From Acutalibacteraceae bacterium (lineage in GTDB: Bacteria; Bacillota; Clostridia; Oscillospirales; Acutalibacteraceae): a stretch of DNA of 64,000 nucleotides. The translations under genes and the position numbers were made by a program. A model generated the notes under the pieces. It made no database searches and was not told where the DNA came from. It was given only the letters and a program-made list of their open reading frames with translations. The stretch is taken from NCBI GenBank assembly GCA_051880635.1, contig JBJEOI010000015.1:536-64535 (forward strand), read 5' to 3'. Positions 1 to 6,457 of the stretch are shown one piece after another; within the stretch, counting starts at the first letter, position 1; every line of letters begins with the position of its first letter.

Positions 1-18
1 TAGAAAAGGGGGACGACA

Positions 19-849
19 ATGAAAAAAGACACCTTAGTCAAAAAAATAGTATCCGCACCGTATTATCTGTGGGCTGTCTTATTTGTTATTGTTCCGTTAG
101 TGATGGTTATTTATTACGCTTTCACTGATGCAAACGGAGCTTTTTCTCTTGATTACATCAAGACGCTAGACAGTTACAGGTATATTTTTCTGCGCTCAAT
201 CTGGTATGGCTTTTTAGCGACGGTTATATGTCTCGTTATAGCCTACCCTCTCGCATACATAATGGCGAATTCGGGCGCATCGTTTCAGCGTATGAGCATG
301 ATTTTAGTTATGCTCCCAATGTGGATGAACTTTTTGATACGAACGTATTCGTGGATGACTATTCTTGAAGATACGGGTATAATCAACACTCTGCTTCAGA
401 AAATCGGACTCGGTCCGCTTCATATGATAAACACTCCGGGCGCAGTCGTTCTCGGTATGGTCTATGACTATCTGCCCTTTATGATATTGCCGCTTTACAC
501 GATAATGGCGAAGATGAACAGGTCTGTTATCGAGGCGGCTCAGGACCTCGGCGCAAGCAAGCTGACGGTCATAAGAAAGGTTATTTTTCCGCTTTCTATG
601 CCCGGTGTCGCCTCGGGCTTCACAATGGTTTTCGTTCCGTCGGTATCGACCTTTTACATTTCAAAAAAGCTCGGCGGCGGCACATTTGCGATGATTGGCG
701 ACGTTATCGAAATGCAGTTTCAGTCGTCATATAACTATAACCTCGGCGCAACGCTCTCGCTCGTGCTCATGGTTCTTATAATTATCTGTATGGCGGTTAT
801 GAACCGCTTCACGGAGGAAGACGACGACAAAGGAGGTTTAATCGCATGA
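19..849 (+). CDS. potB: ABC importer permease, spermidine/putrescine PotB-like
   Basis: 276-aa multi-TM ORF with the binding-protein-dependent permease EAA loop 'IEAAQDLGASKLTVIRKVIFPLSMPGVASG'. SD AAGGGGGA lies upstream of the ATG. ATGA overlap with the next permease gene. Confidence 0.85.
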   Translation: MKKDTLVKKIVSAPYYLWAVLFVIVPLVMVIYYAFTDANGAFSLDYIKTLDSYRYIFLRSIWYGFLATVICLVIAYPLAYIMANSGASFQRMSMILVMLPMWMNFLIRTYSWMTILEDTGIINTLLQKIGLGPLHMINTPGAVVLGMVYDYLPFMILPLYTIMAKMNRSVIEAAQDLGASKLTVIRKVIFPLSMPGVASGFTMVFVPSVSTFYISKKLGGGTFAMIGDVIEMQFQSSYNYNLGATLSLVLMVLIIICMAVMNRFTEEDDDKGGLIA

Positions 850-1688
850 CAAAGAAAAAAATGCCTGTGGCCTCAAAAATTTATGTCGCTTTAATATTTT
901 TATTTCTGTATGCGCCCATCTTTGTGCTTATTCTCTACTCTTTCAACCAAACGGCAAGCACAAGCGTATTCACGGGCTTTTCACTGAGATGGTATAAATC
1001 TCTTCTCAACGATGAAGCGTCGCTTCGTTCGCTCTATAACACTGTTATTCTCGCCGTTACATCTTCTGCTATAGCCACTCTTTTAGGCTCGGCGGCGGCT
1101 GTCGGAATAAACGCCATAAAGAACCGCCATGTCCGCTCCTCGGTCATGACCGTCACAAATGTTCCGATGATGAACCCCGAAATTGTCACCGGCGTTTCAA
1201 TGATGCTTCTTTTCGTTTTTGTCGGCAGACTTGTCGGCATGAAGAATGTTTTAGGCTTTCAGACTATGCTCATAGCGCATATTACGTTTGAACTGCCATA
1301 TGTTATTCTCAACGTAATGCCTAAGCTCAGGCAGACAGACCCGCATCTGCCCGAAGCGGCAATGGATTTGGGCTGCGGACCTGTCAGGGCTTTCTTCAAG
1401 GCGGTACTGCCCGATATAGTGCCCGGCATCGTCTCAGGCTTTATCATGTCGTTCACGCTTTCGCTTGACGATTTTGTCATAAGCTATTTCACTCAGGGGC
1501 CGACCTTTGAGACGCTCCCGATAAGAATATTCTCAATGACGAAAAAGAGAGTCAAGCCCGATATGTACGCTCTTTCGGTAATAGTATTCGCGGCAGTTCT
1601 TATTATGCTTATTCTCGTCAATGTCGCTCAGGCAAGAAGCGACAAAAAACAGATGAAGAGCTCTGTTGAAGCAAAAGAAACCGACTGA
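846..1688 (+). CDS. potC: ABC importer permease, spermidine/putrescine PotC-like
   Basis: 280-aa multi-TM ORF with EAA loop 'PEAAMDLGCGPVRAFFKAVLPDIVPGIVSG'. Translationally coupled to the potB-like gene. Confidence 0.85.
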   Translation: MTKKKMPVASKIYVALIFLFLYAPIFVLILYSFNQTASTSVFTGFSLRWYKSLLNDEASLRSLYNTVILAVTSSAIATLLGSAAAVGINAIKNRHVRSSVMTVTNVPMMNPEIVTGVSMMLLFVFVGRLVGMKNVLGFQTMLIAHITFELPYVILNVMPKLRQTDPHLPEAAMDLGCGPVRAFFKAVLPDIVPGIVSGFIMSFTLSLDDFVISYFTQGPTFETLPIRIFSMTKKRVKPDMYALSVIVFAAVLIMLILVNVAQARSDKKQMKSSVEAKETD

Positions 1689-1718
1689 GCTATATGATAA
1701 AAACGGTTAATTCGACCT

Positions 1719-2957
1719 ATGGTGGTGATATTATTGAAAAAAATACTTTCCGCTTTTATTGCGGCTGCGGTGATGCTCAGCGTTGCCCTTACCGCATACG
1801 CATACGACTTCGAAAACCCCGACTATTATAATGTTGACGAGCTTAAAGGCACTGTTTTAAACGTCTATAACTGGGGCGAATACATTTCGGAGGAAGAAGA
1901 CGAAGAATACTATATGTTCGACATCAACTCCGAATTTGAAAAGCTCACGGGCATTAAGATAAACTACACAAACTACGACACAAACGAGGACCTTTACGCT
2001 AAGCTGAAGAGCGGCGGCTCAAGCTATGATATTGTTATCCCCTCAGACTATATGATTCAGCGTTTCATCGCCGAGGGTCTTGTTCAGAAAATCAATTTTG
2101 ACAATGTTCCGAACTATAAATATATCGCCGAAGAATACCGCAACATGTATTACGACGAAAATAACGAATATTCAATCCCTTACTGCGTGAGCACTGTCGG
2201 TCTTATTTATAACACGACGATGGTTGACGAGAAGCCGACAAGCTGGTCGGTGCTCTGGGACCCCAAATATGAGGGAAAAATTCTTATGTTCGATAACCCC
2301 CGTGACACCTTCGCTATCGCTCAGAAGCTCCTCGGTCAGTCTTTAAACTCGACCGACAGCGAGGAATGGCGTGAGAGCGCCGCTGAGCTTATCGCTCAGA
2401 AGCCGCTTCTTCAGGGCTATGTTCAGGACGAGGTCTATAACAAGATGATAGGCGGCGAGGCGGCTCTTGCTCCCTATTACGCAGGCGATTTTTTATGCAT
2501 GCAGGAGGAAAATGAGGGTCTCGACTTCTGCTACCCCACAGAGGGCTTCAACATTTTCGTTGACGCCGCCTGTATTCCCTCATGCGCTCAGAATGTCAGG
2601 GCGGCGGAGATGTATCTGAACTATCTTTGCGACCCGAGAGTCGGTCTTGCAAACGCATATGCGACAGGCTATGCAACACCTAATACGAAGGTCAGAGAAA
2701 TGGAAGAATACGAAGAACTTTCGCAGAACCCTTATCTCTACCCTGAAGAGGAAGATATGAAAAACTGCGAATATTTCTTCGATATGGATGATGACACTCG
2801 TGCGCTGATGAACAGTCTTTGGCTTGATGTCAAGGCGAGCGGTCAGCAGGGCAAGGGTCTTTATGTCTGCTATGCGGTTACGTTTGTGATTATTGCCGCT
2901 TTTCTGATTTACAGAGCTATTCACAAGCGTTATATTGAAAGTTTTTATGATAAATAA
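1719..2957 (+). CDS. potD: Polyamine-type extracellular solute-binding protein (PotD-like) with N-terminal signal peptide and C-terminal TM helix
   Basis: PotD/PotF-family motifs 'LNVYNWGEYI' and 'GGSSYDIVIPSDYMIQR'. N-terminal hydrophobic signal without a lipobox Cys. C-terminal hydrophobic stretch 'LYVCYAVTFVIIAAFLIY' followed by basic residues. The true start may be TTG at 1734, which has a GGTGGTG SD 6 nt upstream. Confidence 0.8.
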   Translation: MVVILLKKILSAFIAAAVMLSVALTAYAYDFENPDYYNVDELKGTVLNVYNWGEYISEEEDEEYYMFDINSEFEKLTGIKINYTNYDTNEDLYAKLKSGGSSYDIVIPSDYMIQRFIAEGLVQKINFDNVPNYKYIAEEYRNMYYDENNEYSIPYCVSTVGLIYNTTMVDEKPTSWSVLWDPKYEGKILMFDNPRDTFAIAQKLLGQSLNSTDSEEWRESAAELIAQKPLLQGYVQDEVYNKMIGGEAALAPYYAGDFLCMQEENEGLDFCYPTEGFNIFVDAACIPSCAQNVRAAEMYLNYLCDPRVGLANAYATGYATPNTKVREMEEYEELSQNPYLYPEEEDMKNCEYFFDMDDDTRALMNSLWLDVKASGQQGKGLYVCYAVTFVIIAAFLIYRAIHKRYIESFYDK

Positions 2958-2961
2958 AAAA

Positions 2962-2980
2962 CCACCGGCTCAGCCGGTGG
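2962..2980 (-). terminator. GC-rich hairpin between convergent potD and the phage-like transcript; U-run only on the minus strand
   Basis: CCACCGG (2962-2968) pairs with CCGGTGG (2974-2980) around a 5-nt loop. On the minus strand the hairpin is followed by TTTTTTATTT. On the plus strand it is followed by CAGACTTAAAAAAA, which has no U-run. Confidence 0.65.
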
Positions 2981-3114
2981 CAGACTTAAAAAAAGTATTG
3001 AGAAACTAAAAAACGCCTCTTTAAATATTTTCTTAATTAATCTTAGCTGAAATCATAGCCGTAAAAAACAGACAGCCGTCTTGGTGGTCGTTTCTTACAT
3101 TTTCCATTAGTTTT

Positions 3115-3172
3115 ACCTCCATTTGCTATTTAGTGCAGTTAGTAGATGCACTTTTCCGTAGCAAATGGAGGT
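3115..3172. repeat. Perfect 14-bp inverted repeat with a 30-nt loop that contains a nested 6-bp hairpin
   Basis: ACCTCCATTTGCTA (3115-3128) pairs with TAGCAAATGGAGGT (3159-3172). Inner stem is AGTGCA (3132-3137) with TGCACT (3147-3152). On both strands the 3' arm ends in GGAGGT followed by an ATG 6-7 nt later. Confidence 0.8.
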
Positions 3173-3292
3173 ATTTTAATGAATCTTTTTTCTTTCTGAA
3201 CTGACACTAAAGCTCGTGCACTCCACCTGCATGTAAGGTGATTTTTTTATCCGGATAATAAAATACGAACTGAAAGTCAGAACAACCCCTTT

Positions 3293-3472
3293 TTATGCTT
3301 GAGAAACTGTCTGCCAGACCTGAACAATCTCATTTTCGGTTTCTTCCCAAAAATAAACCGTTCTGAAGCCCTCGCTGACAGTCGGCTCTTCGGTATAAAC
3401 GATTTCTTTGTCGCCTGAGTGATATTTTTTGTGTCTTATAAGCTGACCGTTAAGTATTATTCCGTATTCCAT
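3293..3472 (-). CDS. Hypothetical 59-aa protein, last gene of the phage-like module
   Basis: ORF below the 60-aa track cutoff, read by hand: MEYGIILNGQLIRHKKYHSGDKEIVYTEEPTVSEGFRTVYFWEETENEIVQVWQTVSQA. Its ATG overlaps the upstream TAA by 1 nt (TAATG), which suggests translational coupling. Confidence 0.55.
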   Translation of the reverse strand: MEYGIILNGQLIRHKKYHSGDKEIVYTEEPTVSEGFRTVYFWEETENEIVQVWQTVSQA

Positions 3473-4215
3473 TAATCCAAAGCACCTCCCGTGAAAGCTA
3501 CCGTACCGCTGTTTGTGTAAAAAATGTCGTTTAAAATATCATACATTCCGAGAACGCTGTCGCTGTTTCTGAGCGCAGGTACCATATCCTGAACCTTTGT
3601 TTCTCCCTCATAGACAGTGTATCTGCCCAGTCTTACTTTTGAAAAACCGACCGTACCGTCGCTGACATTGTTTCTCCCGAAAAGATATATTTCACCTGTG
3701 CCTACAAGCGGTGAATTTGTATTAATATACGCCGGTCTTTCTTCATCGGGTAATTTTGTTTTAAAATATACACCGCTGCGGTTCATTTTCATAAAATAAA
3801 CATAGTTATGCATTATCTGAAAAGACTTGTAGTTTCCGACGCCGAATTTAAAATAAAGACTGCCGGCAATATCTATATAACAGCCCTCGTTTTCATTTTC
3901 TGTATTAACGCCGAAAATATATTGATCGCCTGTAACGATGTGTCTGAAAAGCACTTCAAACGCCGTGTCATTTGTTACATAGTGCCCTGTTTTGATATAT
4001 TGTGCGCCGGTACTTTCAAGATATTCCATCTGAGTGTAGCCCTCAGGCACAAGGATTTCGGCTCCGCCGTTTTCTGCGTTCACACTGACAGTCACTTTAT
4101 TGTACGCCTCGCCTTCAGGCGCAAGATAGACGCCGTTTTTGGAAACAGTTAGCGCACCGGTCGAAAGCCCGCTGTTTCGAACGCCTAAAGCAAAGGATTC
4201 TTTGTCAAAACTCAT
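3472..4215 (-). CDS. Phage tail-fibre / receptor-binding-like protein (hypothetical)
   Basis: 247-aa ORF. The motif 'MEYLESTGAQYIKTG' and the C-terminal 'MYDILNDIFYTNSGTVAFTGG' resemble, from memory, repeated distal tail-fibre proteins of Firmicute and Bacteroidetes phages. No signal peptide. Confidence 0.45.
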   Translation of the reverse strand: MSFDKESFALGVRNSGLSTGALTVSKNGVYLAPEGEAYNKVTVSVNAENGGAEILVPEGYTQMEYLESTGAQYIKTGHYVTNDTAFEVLFRHIVTGDQYIFGVNTENENEGCYIDIAGSLYFKFGVGNYKSFQIMHNYVYFMKMNRSGVYFKTKLPDEERPAYINTNSPLVGTGEIYLFGRNNVSDGTVGFSKVRLGRYTVYEGETKVQDMVPALRNSDSVLGMYDILNDIFYTNSGTVAFTGGALD

Positions 4216-4227
4216 TTTTCAAACCTC

Positions 4228-4536
4228 TCAGTAAAGATATTTCGCTGTGACAACCGAATTTTCCTCAGCTAAAAAAGTCACACTGTAAAGAATTTCACAG
4301 CCCAGAAGAGAATAAACGCCCTCTTCGGCGTAGCTCTTGATTTCACCCGTTTTAAGGTCGATAAACCCGAGCTCATGCTCATCATCCTCCTGTGAAACCT
4401 TTCCCATAACTCTGACCGCACCCGAGCTGACGGAAAATCCTGCCTGAATACAGGCGTTATTTGAATTACAGTCAAGCAAAACGGTCTTTTCGCCGCTTTC
4501 ACCGTCGAAAATCTTATTTATCATTTCTATTGTCAT
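4228..4536 (-). CDS. Hypothetical 102-aa protein, first gene of the phage-like module
   Basis: ORF directly downstream of the SOS-box promoter and 12 nt upstream of the tail-fibre-like gene. A weak AAGAAGG SD precedes it. A 13-codon upstream ORF (uORF, 4514-4555) with a strong GGAGGG SD overlaps its start. Confidence 0.5.
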   Translation of the reverse strand: MTIEMINKIFDGESGEKTVLLDCNSNNACIQAGFSVSSGAVRVMGKVSQEDDEHELGFIDLKTGEIKSYAEEGVYSLLGCEILYSVTFLAEENSVVTAKYLY

Positions 4537-4617
4537 TATAAAAACCTTCTTTCATTTTTTCCCTCCGTAGAGTGAGAAAAATCACCCTGAGCGAAAGCCG
4601 CACCCTTTCGCTTTTTT

Positions 4618-4631
4618 CGAACATATGTTCT
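4618..4631 (-). promoter_or_regulatory. LexA (DinR/Cheo) SOS operator
   Basis: Minus strand reads AGAACATATGTTCG. The GAAC-N4-GTTC palindrome is perfect, and 13 of 14 positions match the Firmicute optimum CGAACATATGTTCG. The box begins 6 nt downstream of the -10 hexamer. Confidence 0.7.
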
Positions 4632-4637
4632 ATTTCT

Positions 4638-4665
4638 ATTATAGAACCCTCATTGATTTTGTCAA
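4638..4665 (-). promoter_or_regulatory. Sigma-A type promoter of the phage-like module
   Basis: Minus strand: TTGACA (4665-4660), 16-nt spacer, TATAAT (4643-4638). Both hexamers are perfect. Confidence 0.7.
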
Positions 4666-4690
4666 GAAATTCGGTGAAAAAGGGATAAAA

Positions 4691-4731
4691 AAGAGTTACA
4701 CCCGGATTAGTCAAATCAGAATGTAACTCTT
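4691..4731 (-). terminator. Rho-independent terminator after the symporter gene (structurally bidirectional)
   Basis: 10-bp stem AAGAGTTACA (4691-4700) with TGTAACTCTT (4722-4731). It is flanked by an A-run upstream and a T-run downstream, so a U-tail follows the stem on both strands. It lies 9 nt beyond the stop at 4740. Confidence 0.7.
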
Positions 4732-4739
4732 TTTTATAT

Positions 4740-6338
4740 TTATTTTGAACTGCCGATATAATAAGGTATGACCCATAAAACGAGAAGGCTGACCGTTATA
4801 ATAGCCCCTGAAGCAATCCCCACATAAAGGAACTTTTTGGTTTTAAGCATCGCTTTAATATCTGTCTCATTTTCAGGCACTTCAAACAGCTTTTCCCTCT
4901 GCCTTATTTCTTCGTTCGTGATATTGTCGTCAAAATATGAAACCGCTTTCAGAACGATAATATTAATTAATATCGCCGCTAAAAACGGGTCAAAATAAAC
5001 AGGCAGCTTTACTCCCGTTGTCAGAGTATATATTTTCAGAATGAAATTTACGCAGAAGCCCGTCAGCATACCGAAAAAAGCACCCTTTTTCGTCACACGC
5101 CTGTCCCATATCGAAGCTATTGCAACGGGGAGATATGCCGCCGCAACAACAGTTGTGCCGAACTGCATAATCCAGAATATCTGAGGCGGATTCCAGACGG
5201 CAACAAGAGTTATTATTACCGAAACGCAAACTATGATTATCCGGCTTGAAAGAATACTCTTTTTGCTGTCCTTGATTTTAAGAATATCATTTGTCACCGA
5301 TGTGCCTATCAGAGACAGAAATGTCGTTGCGCTCGACGTACCTGCGGCTATTATGCCTGTCAGAAGAAGAACACCGAGAAGCGTCGGCATCATGTTCTGA
5401 GAAGCCCAAATAACAGCTTTTGACGAAGCAGTCAGCTCAGGGTTCACACTTCTTATGAAAACGCCTGAGATAAGCACGAGAAACTGAACAAGGAAAACCG
5501 TCGCCGACGCACCGACCGTTGAACGGATAACCACCTGTTCATTCTTAGCCATAAGATAACGGCTCGCCTGCCAGGGTCCGACCATTGTTACGCCGAGCCA
5601 TGAAACGCCTGAGATAACGGCCCATATAGTGTTTTCTACGCCCGAGCCGTAATAATAATCCGGACTGCCGCCCCACGAGAGAATACCCCGTGTCTCTTCG
5701 CTCTGAGCCAGCCTTTCTATTGTCGCAAACCAGCCGCCTGAGCTTTGCGCAATAACTATGACGCATACGACAGTAATAACGGTGAAAAACAAAAACATTA
5801 TCGTGTCGGTGATAAGAACGCCCTTGCTGCCCGCAAGAATTGTTATAAGCGAAAAGGCGCACATCGCGATAATAATGCACCGCTCATAATCAACGCCCGT
5901 AACCTGCTCCATAACCGTTGCGATGCCCTGAATACACGACAGAAGATAAACCGACATCGAAATAATCGCAACTACGGTCGAAAGAATATGTATAGGACGA
6001 GAACAGAAACGCCGACCGAAAAACTCGGGTATTGTATAAACCTCACTTCTTCTCAGATAACGCCCGAACAGAACGCCGCCGAGAATATAGCCCGCCACAA
6101 GAACGCCGCATATTATAAGAATCGGCGCAAAACCGCCGTCAAAGGCTTCGGCGAGATCGCCCGTGTATGCGCCGGTGCCGAGAAATGAAGCAATAAGCGA
6201 ACCTGTGATAAGCAGAGTCGGGGCTTGCCTGCCCGCAACATAAAAATCGTTAGCCGTCTTAATCCTTCGGCTGATAAAAGCGCTGACGGCGATATATAAC
6301 ACTATCGAAATAACGATACCGATAAGATAAGGGTTCAT
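4740..6338 (-). CDS. Sodium:solute symporter (SSS) family transporter; candidate choline importer from operon context
   Basis: 532-aa ORF with about 13 hydrophobic segments in a typical SSS layout. Its ATG overlaps the stop of the upstream 40-aa ORF. It is co-operonic with a LicC-LicA fusion. Confidence 0.75.
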   Translation of the reverse strand: MNPYLIGIVISIVLYIAVSAFISRRIKTANDFYVAGRQAPTLLITGSLIASFLGTGAYTGDLAEAFDGGFAPILIICGVLVAGYILGGVLFGRYLRRSEVYTIPEFFGRRFCSRPIHILSTVVAIISMSVYLLSCIQGIATVMEQVTGVDYERCIIIAMCAFSLITILAGSKGVLITDTIMFLFFTVITVVCVIVIAQSSGGWFATIERLAQSEETRGILSWGGSPDYYYGSGVENTIWAVISGVSWLGVTMVGPWQASRYLMAKNEQVVIRSTVGASATVFLVQFLVLISGVFIRSVNPELTASSKAVIWASQNMMPTLLGVLLLTGIIAAGTSSATTFLSLIGTSVTNDILKIKDSKKSILSSRIIIVCVSVIITLVAVWNPPQIFWIMQFGTTVVAAAYLPVAIASIWDRRVTKKGAFFGMLTGFCVNFILKIYTLTTGVKLPVYFDPFLAAILINIIVLKAVSYFDDNITNEEIRQREKLFEVPENETDIKAMLKTKKFLYVGIASGAIITVSLLVLWVIPYYIGSSK

Positions 6339-6457
6339 AAGTCGCCCTCCTCTGTTTTCTCCTGCGCTCTTCTTATATCTTTATTGAGCATTATAAGCGC
6401 AAAAAGGGAGGCGGCGCAGGTGAAAAGCCCCATAGCTACTGCAACAACCGTTTCCAT
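6335..6457 (-). CDS. 40-aa single-TM peptide, translationally coupled between the kinase/cytidylyltransferase gene and the symporter gene
   Basis: Read by hand: METVVAVAMGLFTCAASLFALIMLNKDIRRAQEKTEEGDL. An ATGA overlap at 6455-6459 joins it to the upstream gene. A TTATGA overlap joins it to the symporter start. Small accessory subunits are known for some SSS transporters. Confidence 0.5.
   Translation of the reverse strand: METVVAVAMGLFTCAASLFALIMLNKDIRRAQEKTEEGDL

Noticed and set aside
3115-3172. The inverted repeat considered as the boundary of an invertible promoter (inverton).
   Set aside because: The arms are only 30 nt apart, with no room for a promoter between them. No invertase gene is nearby. 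A transcript-level hairpin is the simpler reading.
4514-4714. 66-aa minus-strand ORF covering the promoter and leader of the phage-like module.
   Set aside because: It spans the -35/-10 hexamers, the LexA box and the upstream terminator, so most of it cannot be in the transcript. Only its last 13 codons have an SD, and those are reported as a possible uORF instead.
5745-6188. 147-aa plus-strand ORF inside the symporter gene. The same applies to the many 60-150-aa antisense or alternate-frame ORFs nested in other long genes, e.g. 1034-1240, 2580-2924, 3808-4152, 25290-25721, 38675-39085, 41188-41592, 62346-62789 and 62877-63335.
   Set aside because: Each is fully nested within a longer ORF that has clear family motifs. 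None has an SD. Their compositions (Arg/Asn/His-rich or low-complexity) are typical of out-of-frame translation.
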